Source: Rotaria socialis (lineage: Eukaryota). Taken from it: a stretch of 64,000 bases of DNA. This document shows positions 1-12,200 of this stretch, one piece after another. Position 1 is the stretch's first letter. Each line of letters begins with the position of its first letter. The DNA is taken from contig CAJNYD010000585.1 of NCBI GenBank assembly GCA_905331295.1, positions 1-64,000 on the forward strand. The letters are read 5' to 3'. The notes under the pieces were generated by a model. The model was given only the letters and a program-made list of their open reading frames with translations, ran no database searches and was not told where the DNA came from. Position numbers and translations under genes: made by a program.

Positions 1-261
1 TTACTCCTTTCTTTCCGTGTCTCTCATTTACATTTTGAGAAGCACTTCCAAATCAAGCCTAGACCCTGATGACCAGTCATCAGTTTCAGTCATATTTTCC
101 AGCCTTACTTATGCTATCGAACCAATCAAAATAGCGTTTCTTATGCAGAAAAATGTGTTTTACAAGATAGTATAGTTTGTTTTGAAAACAAAACAACTTC
201 TACTTCAATCATGTTGGTTGACCGTTAGCCGTTTTGGCTGTTCAGATACTCTAAAAGAATA

Positions 262-560
262 AATTCTTGATGATTTTAATAATACATTAGCAAGTGCTCG
301 ATCTGTTTCATCAATCAGTTCAACAACATCCAGACCTTCAAAGTATGATGAACTTCCTCGAATTGATCAACCATCATCATTTGATATATTAAAGATCTGT
401 TATGCTCTATTAATCCGAACATTTGATTTATTACATCGATTAACACTAAACGATTGAGTTCACATACATGTTTACAATTAAATAATCCTGTTTCTCATAT
501 TATTGATCTATTTGTTAAACATAACTATGGAACAATGAACTTAAACAAACACAACTATTC
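262..560 (+). other. Possible decayed coding fragment of unknown product
   Basis: Protein-like reading ILDDFNNTLASARSVSSISSTTSRPSKYDELPRIDQPSSFDILKICYALLIRTFDLLHRLTLND*, continuing in another frame as LQLNNPVSHIIDLFVKHNY. No family recognised. Confidence 0.25.
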
Positions 561-1063
561 AAAAACACGTTTTGTTTTGTTTAAAGATAATACCCGATCG
601 ATCTTTCAAATATGTTCATATGTTTATGAAATGGTTTATTTAAGGATTACGAAGTAACTCTGGGAGTTTTTCTGAGAAAGATTCAATGATTTCTTGAAAA
701 AATGAGTCATTAGTTAGATTCTTTACTTCTAGATAATAATTTTAAATTTATTAACAAAACAAATAGAAAAACATTCTTAATTTAGATCGAAGTATATTGG
801 TAGCTAATCGTGCAATTGTGTTTCATATCATAGTGGTATCGAGATGAAAATCAGAATAGAGCAAAGTGCTTTTTCGTTAGCAGAGTTCTTTCTCGAAATC
901 TGTGTTCAAAGTCACCGTTTGCTCGTTTACTGAGTATGAACATTTTGAGTCATATTTATTTTATTTCTGTTGTAGAATTTATGAAATTGTAACTAGGTAG
1001 TAAAAGTAAAATATAAGAATGTCAGACTCGATTTGAAGAACGATAACTTGTTTTCATTTCAAA

Positions 1064-1536
1064 ATATACAGTGAACGAATCAATTTATTCGCCTCCATTT
1101 TATTCATTACCAACTGACTACAAGATACGAGCTCGACTTTGATTAAATGAGCAGGCAACTGCTAGACGTACACTTATGTCCCTGTTTTGTGTTCAAATGC
1201 GTAGACTAACAAATGATACGATTTTAAAGTTTCTCTTGCATTGCAAAATCACATAAATGTTAAATCGAATAGTTTTGCGAAGACTAAGCTCAGAAATTAA
1301 TATTTCTAGCGGTACAGCTAAATTTGTTTCCATTGACGATGATCCAACAAAAATCTCATCCATATGTTCGCGATGATACAATATTTATTAAAATCATGGT
1401 CTATGTTGGTGATATGTCAAAGGCCCCGATCCGTATCCAACAATTATTGGTTGAAAAAGAAGTAATGTTATTACAACAATCAATTGAAACTGACTTCGAC
1501 AAAGATCATTTCAATGGCAAGCAAAGTTCCACATGA
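1064..1536 (+). pseudogene. TRAF-like (MATH/TRAF-C domain) pseudogene fragment
   Basis: Manual translation gives SIYSPPFYSLPTDYKIRARL*LNEQATARRTLMSLFCVQMRRLTNDTILKF, then FPLTMIQQKSHPYVRDDTIFIKIMV (ORF 1324-1536). These match the TRAF MATH motifs SPPFYxxxxGYKxxxRLYLNG..THxSLFxxxMRG and YVxDDTxFIK. An in-frame stop and apparent deletions are present. Confidence 0.8.
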
Positions 1537-2007
1537 AAACTTCTTTTCTTACTATCATCATCTATTGTAATCAAGTGTTTTTTATTAGTTGGTGCTAATT
1601 TAGACTTTGATATGTTTACAAGTATTTTTACATTCAATTGTTTAATTACATCATCAGACTTGAGGACTACTGTTTTTCAAGAATATTTGAATAATAATAA
1701 AAGTAATATACCATAAAAACAGAGAGACGCATAGTTATAATTAGAGAATCACATTTTAAAAAACATGATTATTAAAAGTGAATTGGCTTAGCTATTCTAC
1801 TTGCAAAATAAAAAAAGAGATGATGGAAAAAAATCAACATCTTTGAATTAGAGTAAAAAATTAGTAACATGAATTACAGATATTTTGCTTCGCATTTTCA
1901 TAGTAGTCCTACGATGTTAAAGAACAATTGTAAAAATATTTCATATTTTCAAACGATAGATACATCGTTTTTATGACTTTTAAGATTAAGAAAAGTTCGC
2001 TACCATT

Positions 2008-2072
2008 GGGTGTGGGGTGTGGGGTGTGGGGTGTGGGTGCCCAGAACGTCAACACCCACACCCACACATCCC
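2008..2072. repeat. Inverted telomere-like repeat: (TGTGGGG/TGTGGG)n arm followed by (CCCACA)n arm
   Basis: GGGTGTGGGGTGTGGGGTGTGGGGTGTGGGTG at 2008-2039, a 13-nt spacer, then CACCCACACCCACAC at 2053-2067. Confidence 0.75.
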
Positions 2073-3143
2073 TTTTATCTCAATTTAAAATAGGATCCTA
2101 GTTTGTTGAAATAGAAAAATCGAAAGATCGAGTAGAGGCTTAATGTCTTGTCTTTTAGCTACAGTCAAAATCGTTTTTTTTAAAAGAAACTCGTCACTTG
2201 AAATCACAGAGAATTAAATTTTATAGAGATAAGAATTTATTTTGCTTTGCCACTACTCCATCGCCTACTCGCTTACTGAATATTTCAGTGTTTCTATATG
2301 TAGTTCTTTTTAATAGAATTCATATTATTACGCGTTTTGAGAAGCATGAAAAAAGGAGCTAGAGCAAATAGAGAAGGCAAATGCTGTCATATCGTAAAAT
2401 ACAGATAAGAAGTCATCAGGAAAAAAATAGGCAAACGATGTAGGTAGTAAGAACAACAACACTTTATTTATTTCGATTTCTGGTTCGTGGTGAGTAAAAC
2501 ATTAGAAGATTGAACTATCTCTCTACTATTACACTAAACACATGAATAGTAGAATGATGAAAGAAAGAAGAAATTAAAGACTATTTTATGTGAATTTGTG
2601 GTCGACCTTGCGATTTTACTCAATGATGTAATTACAACATTGTGCTCCTTATTCAGTAACTATTTTTATACGCCAATCAGTCATGTTCAAAACGCTATAA
2701 ACAAACCCAAAATTTCATTTCTTTTTCTATGAAAACTAATGGGACATCATACTTCTAGTTTTCACCAGACCAACTTCGGATCAATACATTTTGAATCCGA
2801 TAAACTATCTCTATTGAATGAAAACTAAAGTTCGTGTGTTTCTTTGTGAACACAAGTTTTTAGACAGCAGTAGTAAATTCTTTTCGGGTCGGCACTAACG
2901 TTAATACAGGGTGTCTTTTGATCATAGGTGCGTGTAAAATCTATGGTCCAGCACACATAAGGTTAGGAGTTTATACTATAAAATTCTTGTCAGGTGGCAC
3001 CGAGGTAGAATGAATAGAGAAAATTCCTGAAGTATAGACCAGTGAATTTAAGTTTTTGAAACAAGTAGAGTAGTAATGAGATTTAAATGGATTTGTGAAT
3101 CTTTTTTTACATAAAAGGAACACAAGAAGGTTTTTCTTCGTTG

Positions 3144-3293
3144 CCCAGGTGACCAAAAGACTAGTAAAAAGACTAGTCTTTTTTTCTAGACAAGTCGGCC
3201 GTCCAGTCTAGTCTTTTTCTCAAAATGTCCTAGTACATGACTAGTCTGAAATCTCGTATAGTCCATAGTGCCCGTCCGGCCTATGAAAGTGAC
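3144..3293. mobile_element. Probable MITE fragment running into the assembly gap
   Basis: Begins CCCAGGTGACC, like the other CCC-terminated MITEs here, and has repeated GACTAGT/CTAGT motifs. The other end is not visible. Confidence 0.35.
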
Positions 3294-3726
3294 NNNNNNN
3301 NNNNNNNNNNNNNNNNNNNNNNNNNNNNNNNNNNNNNNNNNNNNNNNNNNNNNNNNNNNNNNNNNNNNNNNNNNNNNNNNNNNNNNNNNNNNNNNNNNNN
3401 NNNNNNNNNNNNNNNNNNNNNNNNNNNNNNNNNNNNNNNNNNNNNNNNNNNNNNNNNNNNNNNNNNNNNNNNNNNNNNNNNNNNNNNNNNNNNNNNNNNN
3501 NNNNNNNNNNNNNNNNNNNNNNNNNNNNNNNNNNNNNNNNNNNNNNNNNNNNNNNNNNNNNNNNNNNNNNNNNNNNNNNNNNNNNNNNNNNNNNNNNNNN
3601 NNNNNNNNNNNNNNNNNNNNNNNNNNNNNNNNNNNNNNNNNNNNNNNNNNNNNNNNNNNNNNNNNNNNNNNNNNNNNNNNNNNNNNNNNNNNNNNNNNNN
3701 NNNNNNNNNNNNNNNNNNNNNNNNNN
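3294..3726. other. Assembly gap (N run)
   Basis: 433 consecutive N. ORFs spanning it are artefacts. Confidence 1.
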
Positions 3727-4622
3727 GGCCGAGAAGCGATGCCTATCTTGGAGGATAGGAAAGCACGAAATTGCGGTTGCAATGGCACATTGCTCGCTCC
3801 AAGGCTCACAAAGAACAGGAAAAAAATGAAACACGTAAGTAGGACAGAAGAAATATCGTGCCCCGCAACTCAACGAGAAAAATTGCTTATTACAACTTAC
3901 CAAAAGGTAAACGGTCTTTACTGATCAAATACATGTTGCGATGAAGAAATCGTGCGGGTTGATGGTAACATCGATCTGAACCTGCGACACTATTACTCGC
4001 AACACATATATGCGACACATTTACATTTAGAGTGATAGGTAAGCATTGAAAACAAAAGCTTATTGTCTTTTCGTTTCAGGGGTGCAAGTTGCAATTATCC
4101 TACATACAATCATTTTATTTTCTCTCTCCTTTATCTAACTTAAATAAACTGTATATTAATTTTTTTTTGTCTTTGTTTAGAATGTATTCACATCGATCAA
4201 CAGCAATAATGTTATTAATATGGAAATAGTCAATAGATTCCTGAATTAATGAATGAAGATATTCCAATATATCATTTATCCATTTGATTTATTTGTACCT
4301 TGTCTTTGTTCTAGATCTTCTATTTTTCTTTTTTTTTTGAACGGCTATAACAATGGCTAAGAATCAAACTGTATAAATGGATATATGATGTTTTACTGTG
4401 CAAGTTAACCATTGGAAGTCTTCGATTCAATCAAACATAAATTTATGTCATTTTTCAAATAAACAACATCTTTTTTTGTATCTAATATAAATAAACTACA
4501 TACTTCTTCTCTTTTTCATAATGTTGTTCATATATTAATCAAGTAAAATTTCTTTTTTTTTCATTTTAGATATAAAATAATGTTCCAGAATGCTTATTTT
4601 ATTATTTACTTCTTCATTTCTA

Positions 4623-4921
4623 CGATATGACGGCGAGAGATTCGTATTATTTTACTTTTTCTTGTTCCTTTGTTCTATGATAGTCTACCAGAGCGGCTTC
4701 GTTGCCTAACCCAGATAGATTCTTCGTGTCACTGTTGCAGCGAAGTAATGTAGTACGCGGGAATGTCTGCATGATGTGCGTGTGGTCCCTGACGTCGTAC
4801 GTACGGGATACCTGCATTCATTGCCCTACCAGTCCGACGTGGTCCGCTCTATGCGTATCCGTATCTGGACGCATGGCAGGTCTTTCTGATCGCGCGAATA
4901 GTAAATAATCAATAGTTATCA
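4623..4921. other. GC-rich, CpG-rich island with local inverted repeats (solo-LTR-like or structured RNA; unresolved)
   Basis: Abrupt GC rise in an AT-rich context. Complementary pairs are ACCTGC/GCAGGT, ATGCGT/ACGCAT and AGAGCGG/CCGCTCT. Ends read (C)GATA...TATCA. Confidence 0.3.
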
Positions 4922-4974
4922 AAGCAATTTATTTGAGTAAATACTAGAAGAAGAAAAACAACCAATGAAACATT

Positions 4975-7900
4975 TTACTGTTTCTCTCAAATCTTTTCAA
5001 ATGTTTCTCTATATTCAACGAGATGTGGATGAGTTGAAGATAACTTCTATTGTCCAATTTCAACTGCTTGTAGCACATATTTCATTACCGTACTATATTT
5101 TTGAGTTGAGAAATATAATTTCGACGTATTATGATATATTATAGCTGAATCAGGACGACTTTTCGCCAGTTTGTCTTCACATATTTTTAATCCTTTTTGA
5201 TAATATGTTAATGCTGTTGTATAATCTTTCATTTCACGATAAGGTTCACCTAAATTCATATATGTTGTTGCACATTCGAGAGGATTACATTTAACATTCT
5301 CTTGAATATTTAACGCTTTCTTATGAAATCCCAGTGCTTTTTCATGATCACCCATTAATCGATGAACATCACCAATATCACTATACGTAACAGCCCGGTT
5401 AGGATGTTTTTCTGGCAGTGCTTGCTCTCGAATTGAAATACTCTTTTGAAAATAACTTAGTGCTTTTGAGTACTCTTTCATGCTGCGATAAATTCTACCT
5501 AGCCAATTATATGGAAAAGCTAAATCTGGATGATTCTTCGGCAGAGATATTGCTTGTATTTTATGTGATTTTTCGTAAAATTCAAGTGCTTTCGAGTATT
5601 CATCCATGTTGTTATACACAACACCAATATTGTTATAAGTATTGGCCAATGAAATATCATCTTCACGAAGAGTTTTCCGATGGATTTCAAGTGACTCTTC
5701 GTAGAATTTAATTGCTTCTGGATATTTACCCTGTGCTGTTTTCATCATTGCAAGTATGTGATAGATATGCGCCCTATCTCTATCATTGGAAGCATTCTCG
5801 AGTAATTCATTGTAGAGTTCCTCCGCTTGATTGAAATGACCCACTTTGAGCATCAATGTAGCCATTCGTTGCCACCCTCGACCATCGATTTCCACTTTGA
5901 TGCGGCCAGTAAGACCAGCAAGTTGTGGATCATTGTCACCAGTAATAGTCAATGGTACTTCCCAAAGTCGACTATTCTTAGCCGCCTGTATGATTTCAAC
6001 GATAAGAAAAAAACAGTGTGCATTGTAAATAGAATTTCTTGTTCTTGTGGAAGAGCACATATTTTACTTGGGTCTATTGTTATAATAAACATAACACCCA
6101 CAATATCTGGATTTTTCTTTAGGGCGTCTTGAACAAATGGTGTGCGCACTTCTTTTTTCATACTAGTCGATAAAAAATTGTTAAACGAAAGGAGTCCGCC
6201 TTTTGAATCACTTAGATTCTGAAAGTCTTGTTGGCTGAGCCCATGATCATGGTAAATAGTAAAAGATTTCTTGAAACTTCCCGACTGCTCCTGATGTAAT
6301 TGTTGTCGTTGAAGATGAAATTTTCGAATGAAAAATCCTAATTTGGACATCGCTTCCATATCAAGCGATCTTAATCCATGATTAAGCATACTATAAAGAA
6401 AAATCTTTTTCGTATACCACCAGACTGCTGATTTCTGGTGGTAGCTAGGTACGCTGAAATTCATTTATTTCTTGTTCAGGAATATTTTTTGATCGGCAAA
6501 ATTTCACTAAGGTGCTCATAGATTTAGAGTCGGCGTCATCGATTTCTAATATAATATCCTTGAAAATTACCGAGTGCATATACGATGGTGGTAATTGATC
6601 AAGGCTTTTTTCATCTGATCCTGTTGCCCCTTTTGTCATCGTTTGCTTTGGAACGAAGCTCATTGGAATTGAATCATGATCGCACTCACCGGCGACCTTT
6701 TTCAGCGATTCACATATCGGCTTGATGGAGATGAAAACACCTCGAATCTTTGGCCAATCCTTCGACCATGATTCATGGCACGCCTGGTTGCCGCAAAATA
6801 TATAAATGGCATCCACTTTTGGCATGCTGTCAATGTTGTTTACAAGGCTTTGCTCTAATGCGCCAGAAGAAATGACGAATGCCTTTTCGTCATTTATTTC
6901 ATTCAGAAATTGAATGCATTAAACTGCTGTTGTGCAAATACTCACTTCAGTGACCACTGCGTGTAGTTGCGCCAATGTGTTTCGGCAATCTTTATTTTTT
7001 TCATCGATGTTACCATCGACCTAAATGACCAGATAATTTTGAGTCATGCGATGTCTTGGTCGTATAGCATTTGATGTTGCTGTTCTACTTGTAGTAGCAC
7101 CAGGGTTGCCACCTTATCAGGTCAGAAAAGCGGAAAGTTTGATCAAAAAGAGCGGGAAATAACGGAAAATAGCGGAAACAAAAATAGAAAAAAACGGAAA
7201 GCTGCTTTTTGCTGACCTTTCACATTTCCAAGAGTTTAAGTAACCTTGTTTTATTGCTCATAGTACTACTTTGTTCGCAGTTCCACAACATAATAGACAA
7301 CTCATAAAAAATATCAGGGCGTACCTGGCCTGGAACTCCAAGAAGAAAAAATAAACAATTTCCGGTCCAAAAATAAATATATTTTTTCTGTCAATTCTTT
7401 TTCTACTCATCTTTTCTAAAAGTGCCATACAGGGAAAATGTTTGTATCGTCCCAAAAAATGTTCGTTTTGTGATAGTGAAATGGCCGTATTGCGACTGTC
7501 AGTTCACTATTTTTCGCAGAGAATATACCACCGAAGGCGGCTCTTTTTTGGCACAGCACTTTAAAAGTTTATGCGAAAAGATGCAATCGAAAAAACTGAA
7601 ACTCATTTTTCAGAGTAATAGAACAAAAAACATATATTCCTTTCCACATATAGCCGCCGAATGCGACTCCTTTTTGGCACAAATTAAAACATTGGCCCGA
7701 AAAGCGTACAATGCAAAAAATAAAGCTCGCTTTATACAAGTCTAAGAGGATAATGTTGTTCTTTACATTCAGCTGTCGAATGTGGCTATGCTTGCTTTCA
7801 TCTATTATATTAACAAATAAATAAGAACTTGAAAGAAATTTTCTTTTCTTCGCTGGCATTTCAAATCCAGGTGAATGTATTTCATAGTGGAGGCCAAAAT

Positions 7901-8205
7901 GAACACGAAATGTGTTTCACTAGAAAAATTTATTGGAAAATCTATCATGTGAAGCGAAAATTTTTCAAGAGTTGTATAGAATTATACGTTAGAAAATTAT
8001 TTTCCGAGAAATTTTCGTCTGACATCACGTTATCTAGTTTTTTGCATGGTTAAGTTCTCAATTAAACAACGAAAGTCTTTTATATGAAAAAGCGGAAAAA
8101 GAGCAAAATAGCGGAAACTTTCCGCAAAAAGCGTAAGAGGTGGCAACCCTGAGTAGCACCATCTGCTGATTTTGTAATAATTGATTTGACTTTTTGCCCA
8201 CTCAT
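4975..8205 (-). pseudogene. Receiver-like N-terminal domain + R-S-E-type ADP-ribosyltransferase-like domain + TPR repeats; disrupted by stops, frameshifts and a hAT insertion
   Basis: Removing 7101-8151 and one TSD copy restores MSGQKVKSIITKSADGATTSRTATSNAIRPRHRMTQNYLVI*VDGNIDEKNKDCRNTLAQL...AV*CIQFL...MPKVDAIYIFCGN. The ART-like part reads AVWWYT..FLYSMLNHGLR..IYHDHGLS..LLSFNNFLSTS..EQEILFTMHTVF. About 6-7 TPRs follow (e.g. LANTYNNIGVVYNNMDEYSKALEFYEKS). Frameshifts lie near 6445 and 6010. Premature stops at 5047 and about 4987 precede the ancestral TAA at 4975. No introns seen. Confidence 0.88.
7101..8151. mobile_element. Non-autonomous hAT-type DNA transposon (1051 bp)
   Basis: Perfect 13-bp TIRs CAGGGTTGCCACC (7101) and GGTGGCAACCCTG (ends 8151). 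Perfect 8-bp TSD AGTAGCAC at 7093-7100 and 8152-8159. Subterminal (G/A)CGGAAA repeats at both ends. No transposase ORF. Confidence 0.95.
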
Positions 8206-9248
8206 ATCGAGTACGTACGTCCTGTTGTTTGATATAAATAACTACGAATGAAGAATGGTAATGTCTTGTTGAAATGTAGATCTCTTTTCGTTCGTTTATG
8301 GGCGTCTTTTTTACGACGTTAAATGTGGGTATATTATCTTTTTCTGCTGATACTCAACAACAGATATATACCTTGTTCCTATCGCAGGTATGTTTATCAA
8401 CAAGGAACGAAAGAGCAAAATTCAAGTATATCACGGATTGAACGGTTAGTTTTTTCCAACTTTCATTTGCTTTTGGTGCTTGGAAGCATTTGAGTATCGT
8501 CGCGCCAACAACTGTATCGTCTTCAGAGAATACTTATCTTTTGTTATCTCGAATCGGTTTATCTTTCGCTCTATCAAACTATAATATTGGGCATAACACT
8601 TATAGTTAGGTACTGGAGACGTCATGAGTTAACTGATTGAAGTTCTTAAACGATGGAAGATTGAATTTCTTATTACCGATTCAACAATAAGTAGCACAGT
8701 ACACAGAATATTTACACACATAGATATTTCAAACACGAAAAGATTTTCGTTCAATCATCATTCAAATTTCGTGCAAACTCTGTCACTAATAGGTTTTGAA
8801 ATTTTCTTTATTGGCATCATCTCATTTTTAAAAGTCAATACCAATTAAGTAAACCTCTCTATAAAAAGAATACGACTGAAACAGTAGTGAAGATCTCTTT
8901 ATTTAGATATTGGTTGATTCATGAGAAATCTAAAGAAAAATTGAAATAGAACTTATGACTAATTATGGAATGAGACGAAATTTAGCACTGAATCTTGTTA
9001 TAAAATTATTTATCAATAATAAGTACCGTATTCATTTCTTATCACATACAGAAGCAGAAGGAGAAGAAAAAATGAGCACGCACCTGATTTGATAGTTTAC
9101 ATAATATAAATAGAAAAATAGAAAAGACAAGAGAAAAGCAAATCCATTGTTTAGCCTACGAAAGAAGGCGACTAGAAAAACAGTAACATAAAACTGTTTT
9201 TAGCGAGAGGAACTCAAATAAAATAAAATAAAATAAAATATATATTTA

Positions 9249-12200
9249 TCACTGTTTCATGCACAACTCTTTAAAACGTTCAGGTAGAAGAAAAATAAGA
9301 ATTAATTGTACGATCGTCATTGATTGTTCACATGGATCCATAATTCCACGTTGAACCCATTTAGGAATAGTTAAACGTGCATGACGAAAGCCTAATTTTT
9401 GTAAAATATAATCAGCACCAAATGGTTCAACTTCATTTCCATAGGCTGTCAAAAGTTTGATCGTTGGCTGTAATTTCCATTTCGAATCGGGACATATAAA
9501 ACGACGTATATCATCACTTCGTAGTTCATCTAACGGTGGAGGTATTTGATTGTCACTTGAAGTAGATGATGTTGTAGTTAATCGCTGGCGAGTTTTATCA
9601 TTATTGACTGTTACTGATGCTGCTAGGAAATTCGGAAAATATTTAAATGAATCCTTATGAATTTTAATAATTACTTCGTTCTTTTTCTTTTATGTAGGAA
9701 GATATAAGATCATGTAAAAAATAAAAATGTTCGGCATTAAATGTAAACATAATATGTTCATAAAATTCCGTTTCAAAACTACAATGTACTTGTCCTAAAT
9801 ATGATAGAATTTCGTTGATTTCCTACAATCAGAAAAAAACCAATGATGTTACCATTTAATTGTCGTGTTTGAAAACGTAGTTCGAGAGCTGGAAGAATAA
9901 ATATCGATTCAGCATTGAGTTCATATTGTCTTGAACGAAACGAGCTTGCTGATGCAGGTGTTTCAGGTTCATCCATTGTTGGAAAATCACGTAAACCTTA
10001 AAAAATATAGAAATTTCTTATGAAAAAGAAAAACATCTGTTTTTGCTTTGAAAAAAAACTTACCAACAGCTGAAATTGTTGAACTTGCATAATTAAACCA
10101 TTCATTGATGGTTAAATGCGCAGGTGGTTCATTGCTGTTGCGTGTAACTCGAGAAATTGAAGCGATATTTGAACGAGATTTTGAACTTGAAAATGTTGTT
10201 TGACTTTGATGATCCAAATAAAAGAATAGTTTTTGATTAACTAGAAAATACAAACGGTCAATCACTTATATGACATGAAATAAATGAACCTACTATCGCC
10301 CTCTGCTCCTCGATCGGTAACAAAATTGATTTGTGGTTCATTAAGTGAAAATAAAGCCCATTGACGTGATTTAAAATTTAATCCATGAAAAATAACGATT
10401 GTTAAATTATGACCTTGTAACATTATTTCTCCACCATTCATTCCAACGTGTTTTTTAATAACACTTATATCATATTTAGCTGGTACATTGGAAGATTTTT
10501 TTATATGAATATTCTTCTGATCGCTACTAAAATCATATTGAATGGATGATAACAAATTTTTCGAATTAGCTATTTGTGCGTTAACAAATTCCGTTAATTT
10601 CATTGCCATTTTTAGAATATCGGGTGTTGTCGAACGTGTAATCATTAAATGTAATTGTGACCAACGAAGATTTAGTAAAACTAATGTTGACGAAGGCATT
10701 GCATTGCTTTCGGTTTCGGTGTTTCGATCATCGTTTAATTGAAGTAAGATGTGACATATACGACCCATCAGAGTTGGTGAACCCATATAATCAATACGAA
10801 TTTCAATGGCATCCGTGAGAATATTCATCAAATGAGAAGCATCAACAAGAAGAGATCGATCACGAAAATCTTGACTAATAAGACCTGAAATATATGCGAA
10901 TTTTTATTCAAGTGATATAGTAAAATTTTTGTTTTTCAAATTACCTGTTGTTCGAAGATTTTTCAATCGTATAATACCACCAATAATGCCTTGTTCGGCT
11001 TGAAATGTAGAATTTTGTAAGCCTAATGAAAGAAAAAATGTTCGTTTTCCTTCACTTGTCAATGTTAAACTTCCAGTTGAATAAACATCTTTTGTATTCC
11101 ATTCGACTTTGCCCATTACATTCGACATACGCATTGATATATGTAATTCTTTTAATTGTATAGCTAATATAATACGTGCTTGTTTAGGTAGTATTTTATT
11201 GATGGTTGATGCTATTTGTGCTGTTGGAGCTAGGGTTTGTGTTATTCGATTTGTTGGTGGAATTCCTGTTGGTAAATTTTCATCACCAAAGAAAAGACGC
11301 CGAGCCAATGAACGATTATACCAAATTTTTGGAAAAGTTAAAATTTCTGAAAAACGTCTTATATCGTATTCAAATTGTGCTCTGGATATTTGTGCAACAA
11401 TAGATAATTGTATACTATTTAAATATTCATTTTTTTCATTAATCAATACGTAACGTGTACGTGAAATATTTATCGAGACCGATTGTACACTCATAGCTAA
11501 TGCATTACGTGTCTGTAATTGTCCGGAACGTATATCTTCAAATAGATGCACTTTAGATTCACCCGAAAATGGATGATAAACATTTAATTTAAAATCTTTC
11601 ATGTAGATTGAAAAATTTAAGCCAAATAGAGAATTTTCGAATATTTGTCCATTGAGATTTTCATTATTTGACGATGAAATTTTATCGGATAAAGTACGAT
11701 TTGATGAAAAAACAACGTCGACAGCAGGCAGACGAAGTTCACATTCCATAGGATGTGTTGGCAAACATGTAAAGAGAAGAACACACGGTTGTATAAATAT
11801 ACTAACAACAACATCAATTGGAATCGAAGTTGACGATGTTTGATCTTCGATTAAAAATCTATTTAGATAAAAACAAAAATGAGTTAGTCTATTATAAGTA
11901 CACGATTCATTTGACTTACATATTATCTAAATGATCATTATCAGAATTTTGATCCTGTGCGTGTTCATCTCGTATATTTGATCGTCTTTGTTGTTCGCGT
12001 GGCAATTTTACATATTCAAGTGTTTGTTCGAGAAAATCGAGTAATATAGGATGAATAATAATTTGTGTTGCCGGTGATTGTATCATAGCACGACAATAGA
12101 AACTTGCTCGTTTATTTAACGATTTGTTTGTTACATTAGCATGTTTTGTATTATAATTGGCATCAACATCGAAGCCTGGTAGAGAAAATTGTGATACTTG

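Noticed and set aside
2905..2935. TACAGGGTGTC as a mariner-like TIR start
   Set aside because: No matching opposite end or transposase is visible; it could lie in the gap but is unsupported.
3186..3924. Long ORFs around 3.2-3.9 kb
   Set aside because: They are open only because they cross the N gap.
3934..4004. TGTTGCGA...TCGCAACA inverted pair enclosing GATGGTAACATCGAT, a 15-mer also in the ART-TPR N-terminus
   Set aside because: Too short for an LTR, no TSD, and the protein similarity does not extend beyond VDGNID.
7258..8053. Short ORFs inside the hAT element
   Set aside because: No hAT transposase motifs, and composition is that of random AT-rich ORFs.
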